A stretch of 64,000 nt of DNA, taken from positions 45,880,001 through 45,944,000 of the forward strand of contig NC_043002.1 in assembly GCF_006345805.1 (NCBI RefSeq). The letters run 5' to 3'. Made by a program: the position numbers and the translations under genes. How positions within the stretch are numbered: position 1 is the stretch's first letter; each line of letters begins with the position of its first letter. The stretch comes from Octopus sinensis (Eukaryota). A model generated the notes under the pieces. It saw only the letters and a program-made list of their open reading frames with translations. It was not told the DNA's origin and ran no database searches. Below, piece by piece: positions 25,054 to 37,776 of the stretch.

Positions 25054-25950
25054 TGAGGGTCAGCTGAAAAGTTCATAGGGTGACCAAAATACTCTTATGG
25101 AATGTGACCAAATGAAGTTCATTTTTCAACATTTTTCCCATGGCAGTCCACACACCTATTCAATTGGTGTTGCAGTGCTTGGATTCCACTGGTGAAAAAG
25201 CTTTCATCTTATTAGAAACAGATATGATATCATCATCACTGCAATTACTGATTCTCAACCAAGTGTTTTTTTCCTGCTAGAGAACAGATGATAGTTGGAT
25301 GGGGCCAAATCAGGAGAATATGGAAGGTGATCAACGAGATAAAAGCCACAGTCACACATAGCAACAAGGACTTGTGTGCTAGAGCACTATCCTGATGAAA
25401 CAAGACCTCTTTTGTCAGTTTTCCTGTGTGTTTGGTTTTGATAACCTTTCATAACTGCCTCAGCAACTTGGCATAGTGTTCTCCATATGGCCCTTTTGAA
25501 GATAGTCAATAAACACAATGCCTTTGCATCCCAAAAGACTGAGGCCATCACCTTCCTTGCAGATGAAATGACCTTGGTCTTCTTTGGAGCAGGTGAGGAG
25601 GGGTATTTCCACTGCATGGATTGTCTCTTTGTCTCTGGTTCAAAGTGATAAACCCAACACTCATCCTGGCTTCAGAAATGTTCAAGGAAGCCTGCTGGAT
25701 CTTCCTCAAACAATGTCATATTTTCCCATGATGTGATCAGTTTGGTGTACTTTTAATCAGATACCACAAGACATAGCACCCACCAAGCAAAAACCGTCAT
25801 CATGCCAAGTTCATGGTGCAGAATACTCTCATCTTTCTCATGGGATATGCTAATAGCATTGGTTATTTGATTTATTGGTCATCCATCACCATGTCGTGAA
25901 CACAGACAATGTTTTCCTCAACAGTGACAGCTACATGATGTCCAGATTTG
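25054..25950 (-). mobile_element. mariner transposon remnant
   Basis: TA followed by TIR (T)GAGGGTCAGCTGAAAAGTTCATAGG; ORF 25387-25617 QWKYPSSPAPKK...SARKVMASVFWDAK is a typical mariner motif. Confidence 0.82.
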
Positions 25951-26002
25951 GGTGATCTTCAAGATTCTTTTCCCCTCCTAAATTCAGCTGCTCTCTTTTG
26001 CA

Positions 26003-26409
26003 CTCTTTTACTTGTTTCAGTCATTTGACTGTGGCCATGCTGGAGCACCACTTTTAGTCGAGCAAATCGACCCCAGGACTTATTCTTTGTAAGCCTAGTA
26101 CTTATTCTATCGGTCTCTTTTGCCAAACCACTAAGTTTCAGGGACGTAAACACACCAGCATCGGTTGTCAAGCGATGTTGGGGGGGACAAACACAGACAC
26201 ACAAACGTATACACACACATACATATATATATATACATATATGCGACGGGTTTCTTTCAGTTTCCATCTACCAATCCACTCACAAGGCTTTGGTCGGCCC
26301 GAGGCAATAGTAGAAGACACTTGCCCAAGTTGCCACACAGTGGAACTGAACCTGGAACCATGTGGTTCATAAGCAAGCAACTTACTTACCACACAGCCAC
26401 TCCTACGCC
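26003..26409 (-). mobile_element. Full-length tRNA-derived SINE (family 1) with internal (TA/TG)n tract
   Basis: Head GGCGTAGGAGTGGCTGTGTGGTAAG...GGTTCCAGGTTCAGTTCCACTG; tail GACTGAAACAAGTAAAAGAG; close match to 51833-52190. Confidence 0.9.
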
Positions 26410-27002
26410 TGTTGATAAAGCTGGAGCATCATCCCCTAATATAGAAGGCATGTCAGCATGAATGTCCTTGGGGTCTAAACCCTTTTTCCACATGTACTTG
26501 ATAACACTACAATGCTAAATTTTGTTGATTTTTGCTACTAGTTACTTTTGAAGTCTTCTTTGAACAGTCAAATGTCAGTTTATCTGGTAAAAAAACAATG
26601 CACTTATTAATAAGAAGAGTTGAAATTAATGCATGCAAGATTTTACAGTTCTAGCATCACTCCTTCAGTCAGCCAATGAACATTTCAACCAACCCTCATA
26701 TAGTACAGATACTGCAATAGACTGTATGCTGAAGTAACATCTGAGTTTGACAGATTGCTCAATCTTGTAAATTTCATAGACTGTAACAAATACAAAGACA
26801 AGATAAATTGTCTGAAGGGTATCAGTGTTAAACTAGTGAGCAAGGTTTTTGTGAGACATCAATTTATAACTCAAGAATAACAGGCAACTGAATCAGTCAA
26901 TCTCTTTAAGAATTAGAACTCATGGCTAAGGAATGCATCTTCATGGCAGTTCTGTCTCAAATGCTTTCAAAAAACTTTAATGATGCAGTGGCTGTATCTT
27001 AA

Positions 27003-27151
27003 AGAGTTGGCTTCCCAACTACATGGTTCTGGGTTCAGTCCCACCATGTAGTTCTACTATAGCCCCAAGCTGACCAAACCCCTTGTGAGTGGATTTGGTA
27101 GATAGAAATTGAAAGATGCCTGTTGTTGTTGTGCATGTCTGTGTGTGTATG

Positions 27152-27200
<49 letters not shown>

Positions 27201-28005
27201 TACCTTGAGAGAAAAGCTGGACCTAAGAAGCTTCAGTCGTGGTGTGCAAGAGAGACGTTTGCACTGGCATGGTCATGTGGCGAGAATGGATGAAGATAGT
27301 TGTGTGAAAACGTGCCACACCCTAGCGGTTGAGGGAACCTGTGGAAGAGGCAGACCCAGGAAAACCTGGGACGAGGTGGTGAAGCACGACCTTCGAACTT
27401 TAGGTCTCACTGAGGAAATGACTTGAGACCGAGATCTTTGGAAGTATGCTGTGCATGAGAAGACCCGGCAGGACAAGTGAGACCATAACCTGTGGCCTCT
27501 ACATGGGATGTAGCCAGTCCACTTATGCATACCTTTCCTTCTTGGGACACAAAACTCTACTTGTGAAGACCTGTTGAGGCAAGTGAGAACCGAAATCGAT
27601 CAACATCAATGGAAATTACAGCTGTGATACCAGTGCCGGTGGCACGTAAGAGATCCATCCGAACATGGCTGTTGCCAACGCCGGCCCGACTGGCCTCGTG
27701 CCGGTGGCACATAAAAAGCACTATCCGTTCATGGCCGTTGTGAGCCTCGCCTGGCCCTCGTGCTGGTGGCACATAAAAAGCACCATCCAATTGTGGCCGT
27801 TTGCCAACTTCGTCTGGCACCTGTGCCAGTGGCACATAAAAAGCACCCACTACACTCACAAAGTGGTTGGCGTTTGGAAGGGCATCCAGCCGTAGAAACA
27901 TTGCCAGATCAGACTGGGCCTGGTGCAGACTTCTTCCCAGACCCCAGTTGAACCGTCCAACCCATGCTAGCATGGAAAGTGGACGCTAAACGATGATGAT
28001 GATGA

Positions 28006-28042
<37 letters not shown>

Positions 28043-28310
28043 CATATATACACACATACATACATACATATGTATGTATGTACATATCTATGTGTGTGTG
28101 TCTTTGTGTCTGTGTTTGTCCCTCACTACTGTTTGACATCCAATGTTGTTTATGTTTATGTAACCTAGCAATTCAGCAAAAAAGACCTACAGAATAAGTA
28201 CTAGTCTTTAAAAAATAAGTACAGGAATCAATTCATTTGACTAAAACCCTTCAAGGCATTGCCTCAGCATGGCCACAGTCCAATGACTGAAACAAATAAA
28301 AGATAAAAGA
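27003..28310 (+). mobile_element. SINE family 1 copy split by an RTE insertion
   Basis: SINE head at 27003-27190 and SINE tail at 28085-28310 flank an RTE 3' fragment lodged in the SINE's central (TA)n. Confidence 0.8.
27200..28015 (+). mobile_element. Young 5'-truncated RTE LINE
   Basis: ORF 27205-27426 (REKLDLRS...ERRLHWHGHV...GRGRPRKTW), 3' UTR with repeated GGTGGCACATAAAAAGCA modules, (GAT)n tail. Confidence 0.92.
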
Positions 28311-28754
28311 TGGATGATAAGATCTGGATATTTTTCTTTTTCTGGAATTATGTCAAACAATGTTTGACTCCTGGAAAATAAAATGCTGGACTTGGATGCA
28401 AGGCAGAGTTCTGGATTTAACTTGAAAGAATGCTAGAGTTTATAATCAGGATATCATCATAGCTACTACTATTGTTACAAAGAGAGACACCAAGTAGGAA
28501 GATAAGACATCCTGGCACAAGTGTTTTGGCACTATTGTATGGCATCATTAATTCAACTGACTTATTTGACATCAAACATTTTAATGTTTCTTTAATTTTG
28601 TCTATTTGTCTGTCTGTCTCTCTTTCTGTGTGAGCATTCGATTATGTTCATATGCATGTGTAATGTCTCTCTTTCTTTCTTCCATTCTCTCTCTTTCTCG
28701 CTGCTTATCTGTCTGTCTATCTATCTACGTGTGTGTGTGTGTGTGTGTAACCAA

Positions 28755-30664
28755 ACTAGTCAGATTGATTACATTCTCACCAGAAAGTGAGATACATGGT
28801 TGCTCATAAATGCAAAGACCTTCCCCAACCCCCACATAGATTAGTTATCAGTGACTTTAGACTTCAAGCTAAGATTCCAAGAATCAGACCAATCTGGAGA
28901 AGAAGGATTTGGGAGCTTAAGTATCCTTTAAATGGTCTGAGATTTAGGGACATACTAATTGACGAATTTATCAAGAAGGAAGAGGAACTACAGTCTTGTA
29001 ACATAGAGGGCAATTGAGAGCTCCTGTGGGACAGCTTGCTGAGTGCCACAGACCAAATCTGTGGCTGGTGCAAAGTCCCAACCAGACCTAGGGTAACAAT
29101 GTTGTAGACAAGGCAGTTAGAGCAAAAAACCAGACATGGAAGGACTGGAAGAATGGTGGGAGCAGAGAACTACATCAGGTAGCTAGAAGAGAGGCTAGAA
29201 GACAGGTATACTTAGCCAGAAGAGAAGCAGAAAGGAAGAAGATTGTCAATGCTCAGCGACACGGGGACCAGAGGCTTGAAGTGTTTTGGATTGCGAGACA
29301 GTGTGTCAGAGAAAATAGTGATGTGGTAGGAGAGAAATACGTTCGCATGGATTATGACTCACTTGCAGTTAGTGATTCTTCAAATGAGGAGGCTTGGAAG
29401 TGCCACTATGAAAGGTTGCTAAATGTAGAGAATGCAAGGGAGGAGAGCCTGCTAATGAGGATCCAACAGAGAGGCTGGCTATCTGAATCAACAGTAGCTT
29501 AGTAGATAAAGCAATTAAAGATATAAAGACAGGGAAAACCTCTGGTCCATCAGAAATCAGAGGTGAGATGGTTAAAATATCTGGTGGAGTGGGATATGAC
29601 CTGGTCACCTATATAGTTAATCAGGTTGTCCACAAAGGAGTCATACCAATTGACTGGTGCTAGCAGCATTATAGTCAACTGCTACAAAGGCAAGGGTGAT
29701 GTCCTAGAGAGAAATAATTACAGAAGCATCAAATTGCTCGACCAGGTGATGAAAGTTGCTGAAAGGGTCATAGCTCAATTAATTAGGAGAGTGAGCATAG
29801 ATGAGGTGCAGTTTAGATTTGTGCCAGGAAAAAGCACCACCAATGCTCTCTTCCTGGTGAGGCAACTGCAGGAAAAATACTTGGCCAAAAATAAACCACT
29901 GTATCCAGCTTTTGTGGACATGGAGAAAGCATTTGACAGGGTCCCCAGGCTCCCTTTACTGGTGGACAGTGCAAAAGCTAAGGATAGATGAGTGGTTGGT
30001 GAGAGCTGTACAAGTCATGTACAGGGATGTTAGTAAGGTGAGATTTACCAATGAGTATAGCAAGGAATTTAGTGTAAAAGTAGGAGTCCACTAGGGATTG
30101 TTTCTTAGCCTCCTCTTGTTTATCACAGTCCTCCAAGCTATAACTCAGGAATTTTAGACTGGCTGCTCTTGGGAGCTCCTCTATGCTGATGACCTTGTTC
30201 TTATTGCTGAATCACTACCAGAACTAGAGAAGAAATTTCAGGTATGGAAGCATGGACAGGAATCAAAGGGCCTTAGAGTTAATTTAGCAAAGACCACAAG
30301 GATCCTTAGAAGTAGTAGACAGTTACCATTACTTAGGTGACCAAGTTAGTACTGGAGGAAGTTCTTCCAAAAGCATGGTTGCTAGTATAAGAATCAGCTG
30401 GGCGAAGTTCAGAGAGTTACTACCTTTGTTAATAATGAAGGACTCTCCCTCAAAGTGAAAGACAGATTGTGTGATGCCTGTGTATGAACGGATATGCTAC
30501 ATGGCAGTGAGACATGAGCTATGACAACTGAGGATATGCAAGAGTTTGAAAGAAATGAAGCCAGTATGCTCTGTTGGATAGGTAATGTCAGTGTGCATAT
30601 ATGACAGAGTGTAAATGATTTGAAAGAAAAACTGGGTATATGAGGCATCAGATGATGATGATGA

Positions 30665-30668
<4 letters not shown>
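28755..30668 (+). mobile_element. Decayed RTE LINE (end of APE endonuclease through RT)
   Basis: QTSQIDYILTRK (endonuclease end); NNYRSIKLLDQVMKVAERV, FVDMEKAFDRVP and a YADD-like LYADDL; many stops; terminates in (GAT)n. Confidence 0.9.
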
Positions 30669-30697
<29 letters not shown>

Positions 30698-31013
30698 GTG
30701 TGTGTGTGTATACATATGTATGTTACTGTGCATATGTTTGCTTCCAGTGCAAAGATGTGCTGTCACCAAAATATTTTGAATGTCTTGTCAGTAGTGCCAA
30801 ATTGTCAGCATTTAAACAGCCACACCTAATTGCCTCATTCTGCAAGTAGGAAGCTATTTCAGCAGCTGCTTCTCAGAAGATTTATTTTATTTATTTTTCT
30901 TTTCTACTAGACAAGAGTAGACTTGTCTCCTGAAAATGTTTCACAAAAAATGTCATGACAGCAAAAAAAAGCTTTTATGAAAGAAGAAACACCTAAGTAA
31001 GGAATGACTGATA

Positions 31014-32930
31014 CAGGTTGTCATCGACTTACGACCACAATTGGTTCCGACTGACTGATTGCAAGTCGACCTATAGGCCTACATAGCTTTGTTTTATATC
31101 TTTACATTCTTAAGGTACAGTCTCAGGTAAAAGTCACACACAGCATTCTGTATTACACTACAACAGTGTTATTTGTTCATAGAAAAGTACCAAAGAATGC
31201 AAATACAAGAAATACACAATGTAGCTTCAAAACTTATAAAAAAATTTATTGTAGACAGGTGCTTGGCAGTGGATCTTTGATGTCATTTACTGAGGCAAAA
31301 GTTGTAGTAGCTGGAGTTAGTTTTTTGATAAATATGGTAAGCTTTGTCTGAATTGTTCGTTTCTTTTTCTCTTCATAAATTTCATAATACGGATGAAACA
31401 CATTGTATGCCATCCGTTTAATCCTTGCAAATCATTCGATGTTTGGGTCCATTGCTTCAAAGTGTGCAAGAAGTTTATTCAGTTGAAATAAACCTTCTGA
31501 TAATCCTTTTGTAGTAAAACTCTTTTCTGGTACCACCTCTTCTTTCTCCAATTCAATAAGCTCTTTGAATTTTTGGGCTAGCAAATCTTTGATATTTTCC
31601 ACTTCACACACTCCAGATCTTTAGCCAGTTTTACTATTTTCCTGTGAATCATTTCAAGTTCATGTTCACTGTTAAATCCATCAAGAGTGTCAACAAGGCA
31701 TTTTCCAACACAATTTTTCCAGACGCCTTTCATGCATTTCTTTGTAACAGCTTTCCAAGTGGTAGCAATATTCTTGATAAATGTCAGAATATTGTACTTT
31801 ATCCAAAATTCTTGCGGTGATAGGCCTTGGTTGGTGGCTCTATGGCTTGAAGATAGTTAGCCAACAGTATAGCAATTGAACCTTGATCCACTGGCTGGAT
31901 GAGTGGAGTTGTGTTCAACAGAAAAAACACCACTTTCATGTTGGAGCAAAGATCCGATAGATGAGATGGATGTCCAGGCACATTATCCAGAAGCAATAAA
32001 ATCTTCAAAGGAATTCCTCTCTCCAAACAATATCCACGAACTTGAGGAATAAAACAATTCAGAAACCAGTCTTCAAACAGTCCTCATGTCATCTATGCTT
32101 TAGGCTGAGAACGAAAATAAATGGGTAATGTGTGCTTATCTACATTCTTGAATGCATGCGAGTTTTCTAAGTGGTAAATTAAGAAAGGTTTCATCTTAGA
32201 CCCTACAAAGTTCCTGCCAAGCAGCAGAGTCAGTCTGTCCTTAATCGCTTTAAATCCAGGCATGCATTTGGCTTCTCTGTTGATGTAAGTGCGTGCTGGC
32301 ATGCATTTCCAAAACACTCCTGTTTCATCTATGTTAAAAATCTGCTCTGCTGGATAGCCTTCATCCGTAATTATTTCGTTCAAATAGCTAACAAATTTAC
32401 CAGCTACTTCCTAATCTGCACTTGCCACTTCTCCAGTCACTCAAACATTATGATGTTGGAACTTTCTTTAAATCTTTTGAAGCAGTTCTTGTTAAAAATT
32501 CTTGACTGTATTCTTCAGAACACTGAAAAGACTTAACGGTATCTGTTTTTGCATCTGATATTCAATCCAAATTTGTAGCAATTTTTACATTTTGTGGATG
32601 GGCCCAGTCTGCTGCTTTGTTATAACTGTAAATTGTACAGGTGCTAAACCTTTTACAGCTTCATGAATCCTTTCTTTATCTTCAAAATTGTTGAAACAGT
32701 AGAGTGTGATAACTTCAGTTTACATGAGATCTCATTCACTTTCTTTCCTCCTTCGTGCTGTCTAATCACCATAATTTTTGTGTCAAGGTTGATGACCTTT
32801 CTTTGCTTCATGGAAGTTTGAGGAGCAGATGAAAACAATTTCTTCTTTGTAGACATTTTATATTATATTGTTTGAAAAACTATCAGACAAAACACAGAGT
32901 CACTGAAAGAGTCATGCCTGATGTTAGTCA
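31014..32930 (-). mobile_element. Tigger-type (TIGD1-like) pogo transposon remnant
   Basis: TA followed by TIR CAGGTTGTCATCGACTTACGACC. ORFs 32653-32856 (psq HTH, RKVINLDTKIMVI), 32093-32383 (QIFNIDETGVFWK..P.RTYI) and 31799-32026 (LLLLDNVPGHP...TTPLIQPVDQG). Confidence 0.9.
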
Positions 32931-34727
32931 AAAATGTTGGAGTCTCAAGCAGTTGTCTTTCCCCATAAAACTGCTGGCCTTGTGCCAAAATTTGAAACCA
33001 TTATTATTGAATGAGTTAAAGTGGAAAGCCAACAACATTTTTGGCACACTACACAAAATGCTTAGCATTTCATACATCCTGAGTTCAAACTGCACCTGTC
33101 ATCTCTTCAGGGTTAATAAATTAAGTACCAGTTGAACACTCGGAACGATGTAATTGATTAGCCCCTTTCCCAAAAATTTCAGGCCTTGTACCTGTAGTAG
33201 AAAGGGTTATCTAATGAATTCACAATAACAATTGATATTATCTTTCACACTTGCTTACTGGTTATAAAAAAACAAAAAATGTTTGTTGTTCTGCTCTTTA
33301 TCCTTCTAAGGACATTGAAATGTCAGGTATGTACTGGGGACCAATTCAATAAACTATAACCACTCCTGAAAGCTTGTACCCTTACCTAAATACACTAATT
33401 AGTAGAAGGTAAATTGAAATAGTGTTTTATAAAACTATTCGACATCATCACCAGTTTGTCTGTTTTCATGCGTTGCAGTTCATCACCTAGTACACACATA
33501 GCAACACAAAAACTGCCTTTGTTGTGTATGTTATTTCAATAGTTGGATACCCTTGCCTTACTGCTAATCTCATTACAGCATGGAACAAGTCCATTTTATC
33601 ACACATGTAATATTCACCATTTAACCAGGTCAAATATTCCACCTGCTCAAACTGGCCAGATCTAACCTCTTACACCAACCCTAGTGTCATTCTAAAAATA
33701 ACCAATGACATCATTGAAATCTCAAAGCTACAAGATAGTGCATAATTAATTAAAAAATGTGGATACTTAAGCATTAAATTTCAGGAGTAACCTGAATACT
33801 AAAGAGCTAAAAGAGACGATATGTTGAAGATTTCTGTCTATCCAGTATCAGTTCTTAAGAATTACTGCTTTATCAGACAGGTTATATTTATATATCATGA
33901 TATATGCGGAAAGGCAAAAATTATCTAAAATAACATGGAATTTTATAAATTAATTCAAATAAAGTATGACTAAATAAGATATGAAGTAAAGCCAACACTT
34001 TCTAGGTAGACTTTTGTGCCATTATCCAAAGAACTAGATATTGTCTTGTTACTAACTTTACTTACAAACAAGAGGAAAGGCACGTTTATGTTGTATAATT
34101 ACCAAAGCAAAATTATCTACAACCGAGCAAGAGTTATGTATAACTATTGTACTGTAAGTGCAAGGTATTTTTTCATTCAGGCTGAGCAACCATTTAGAGG
34201 ATTGATATTTTTTGTATCTCATTGACAAAAACTGATGTCTAGATTTGAAAGTAGGTAGCTGATTGAAGAACAATCTCATTGAAATTTTATCTGTGGTAAA
34301 CATTTTTAGAGAATTTAATAAATTCAGAAACGTTCAGATGTAACATTGTGCAAGGAAACCATGAAGTGTAGTAATTGTGATATGTGAACATCAAATGATA
34401 AAAGTATTACTTCAATCACTAGGTACAATATTCAAGATGAAGCCTGTCAAACTGCAAAAACCATTGTTTTAATGAGCATTTTCCCATGCTTATTATATGG
34501 ACCTGACTGAAATGATTTTGAGGGTGACTAAGTCTATGGTACCAATGAGCTTAAATAACAGAGCAATATCGATATCTACTGTACTCATTCACTTATGGAA
34601 TGGTTTATTTCACCTGATTTTGAGGTATCTAACACACTATGTCTCAAGGAAACTTTCCCTGGACAAGATACCACAGCCTGAAAGCATTTAAACAAAACGC
34701 ATAGATTACAGTCTTAAATTTTCATAT

Positions 34728-34733
34728 TTTATT
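34728..34733 (-). terminator. RPL36: RPL36 polyadenylation signal AATAAA
   Basis: TTTATT on the plus strand, 18 nt beyond the stop codon. Confidence 0.7.
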
Positions 34734-34751
34734 CCACTTTTTTTAATAGAA

Positions 34752-34859
34752 TTATTTATGTGATGCTGCGGCTGCTGCCTGTTGCTGTGCTTTTCTCATT
34801 TTCTGCAACATAATTTGCATTTCTTCACGTTTGGCTTTGGCACGTAAATGTGTTCCAAG
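34752..34859 (-). CDS. RPL36: 60S ribosomal protein L36, last coding exon (LGTHLRAKAKREEMQIMLQKMRKAQQQAAAAASHK*)
   Basis: Matches the eL36 motif GTH.RAK.KREE; acceptor TTTCAG at 34860; phase 0; TAA stop. Confidence 0.97.
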   Translation of the reverse strand, partial: LGTHLRAKAKREEMQIMLQKMRKAQQQAAAAASHK

Positions 34860-36298
34860 CTGAAATCAGAAAGTAAATAGCAATAAACATTGTGCATCAA
34901 CTCATAGTCTAACAGAAAATATAATGGTACATAAAAACACTCCATTACTTTTAACTTTTGATACTAACCTACCTAAGACTGCTCCTAATTCTATGATATA
35001 AGCTTCTAGTTTTAACGACATCTAAATTAAAACCTATCAAAATTTCATGGTAACTTATGTTCCAGACACCAGCTTAAAAATGAGTTATTTTGACAAATTC
35101 TTCACTAGTTTAAAAATGAACTGAAACAAAAGCAGTTGATTTCAACAGAAATATGGTAGCAAAGGGGTTAAAAGCAGAAATAGCAGCAGTGGACTAATTG
35201 CCTTATGCTATTTAGTTATACCTCTGTACATGAATTATAAATATCCAAGTTGATTTTACTTTGTCATCTGAGAGTTGATTAAATTAACCATACTCACTCT
35301 CTCTAAACAACGTAGCTAAGTGTTAGAGAAATTTGGCACATCCTATTGCTCAAACTTTGCAGACATCATATTGGGTCATATTAAAATAAGCTGGTAGATG
35401 GAAATTGAGGATACATGTCAATATCTGCATATTTATATTTTGTGCCTATGTGCACTTCAAAATCAATAAACTGGAGCATTTGCACAAAAATACAATTTGT
35501 AGTATTTATTCTTCCCAAGAGGCATGGGCATTCCCATGTCATGCTCAACATTAGAAAAGTAAATTAAGATTTGCTCATTAGAAAATTTTGAACCAATGAT
35601 TCTATCATCAGCATTTAGTGTCCATTGTCCATGCTGGCATGGGTTGGACAGTTTGATCAGGGCTGGCCAGCTGGAAGGCTGCATACCCTTCCTAACACCA
35701 ACCACTAGGAGAGTGTAATGGACGTCTTTACATGCCATTTGTGTGACACCAGTATCTGCCATGACTGCAATTTTACTTGGTTTGACATAATACAAAAGCA
35801 CAACATAATACCAAAGGTCTCAGTCATTGCCTCTGTGAGGGCCAACACTCAAAAGGTGCTTTTCACATGCCACTGGCACGGGTGCTGTTCACACGACACC
35901 AGCTTGGCCACAACTATGATTTCACTTGGTCTGACAGGTCTTCTCAAGCACAGCATATTGCCAAAGGTCTCAGTCACTAGTAATTGCCTCTGTGAGGCCC
36001 AAAGTTTGAAGATCATGCCTCACCATTTCATCCCATACGGTTCCTCCACAACAGGTTCATAAAATACTTATAGGTTTCATATTGTGTAGATTAAATATGT
36101 GGCTAAGCACATTTATTTGTCCTTTACCACCTAATCAATGTTCAAAGCATGTTTGCTTTTTGGATTTCAGAAAATTAATCCACTATTTCGAATATCTGCA
36201 TTAATTTTTGCTAAAGTTAAAGGTTTCTAAAAATTTGTAAATTGAATCTAGGAAGCCATCATTGACATTAAAACAAAATTTAAAATGCATCAACTCAC

Positions 36299-36433
36299 CC
36301 TTTTCTTACAGAATTTTAGAGCTCTTTTGTCTTTTGAAATTCTCAACAATTCTTGACATCTTTTTTCATATGGAGAGAATCCCACAACTTCACGGACAAG
36401 ATCTCTGACAAATTTCATGTGCTTAGATGACCT
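36299..36433 (-). CDS. RPL36: 60S ribosomal protein L36, middle coding exon ([45 protein letters not shown])
   Basis: Conserved [29 protein letters not shown]; CAG acceptor and GTGAGT donor; 135 nt, phase 0-0. Confidence 0.98.
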
Positions 36434-37776
36434 CTGAAAAGATAACAAAATCTTCATATAATAATGAGAAATAAAAACACATTTTCATTTACTTTATGGC
36501 ACAGCCAGGAAAACACAATTATGCATGTGTAATGAGTAACATGCCACAGAACAGGAATTAGAAAATGTCAGTAGTCAAGGACCAGATAGTTATGCATATG
36601 ATAAAGTGTGATAAATTGCTCCCTTACTTCTTATAATGGATCAAAATAATTTCAATTTACTGACCCATCTCCATGAGCCCTGTGCCAGTGCTATGTAAAA
36701 TGCACCCAATATACTCTGTATAATCGACCCCGAAAGGATGAAAGGCAAAGTCGACCTCAGCGGAAATTGAACTCAGGACATAGCGGAAGACGAAATACTG
36801 CTAAGCATTTCGCCTGGCATACTAACGATTCTGCCAGCTCGCCGCCTTAATTTCTGTCAAAAATAACAGACTATATATACTCATGTATAAAGCCCCATTT
36901 CTTTTGTTTGTTCTACCCAATTTATGGAGTATTTCTGAAAATTTTACTTTCAAGACCCTGGCAATATGAGTTTCTCGTGAAAACCTTCCATCATAGAAAA
37001 ACTGACTTTTGGAAGCACTGCATGGGTATATTGTGTGTGTGTATGTATGGGTGTATATATATATATGAGCATCTCAATCAATCCCCCATACTCACACTGC
37101 CCCACTCCCTACAATTTTACCCAATCTTGACAAATGTAGCTTACCTACCTACCATCCACACAACCTGCTCCATCATAAGCTCTTCCCTTAACAGCAACTA
37201 ACATAAGACTTCAGCACACACAAGACTTGCGATCTACAATGTGGCTTAATAGTGCTAGCACCCAGACATAGAAACTAAGCAAAGCAGACATGAGAACATG
37301 ATGCAGTCATTGTCAAATCATCCAACATGGACATTATATGACAATGATAATGAAACAAGTTGTTTTATTCTTTAGTTTCAGGCCATGCTGGGGCACTGCC
37401 TTGAAATTTTAGTTGAATGGATCTGCCCCTCCCAGTACTTTTTTTGAAAGCCTGGTAATTATTTGATCAGTCTCTTTTGCCAAACTCAGACACACATATA
37501 TGATGGACTTCTTTCAGTTTCTGTCTACCAAATCCATGTGGTTGGGAAGCAAGCTTGTTACCACACAGCCATGCCAGTCATGGCTTGGCTTTGCGAACGA
37601 AGATTAGGAAGGTTGTCCACATCATCTGCAGGCACGCTCATGACTGACAAGTCCAATGCAGCAAAGGCAGGTCTGTGAGCAGTATCCACAAAGGTAACAT
37701 CCAGTGTGATGTTAGAGGTGGCTCTGGCCTTCTTCCTGCGTCTCGTCTTTATGCACATCACTTCTGTGTTCTTTAA

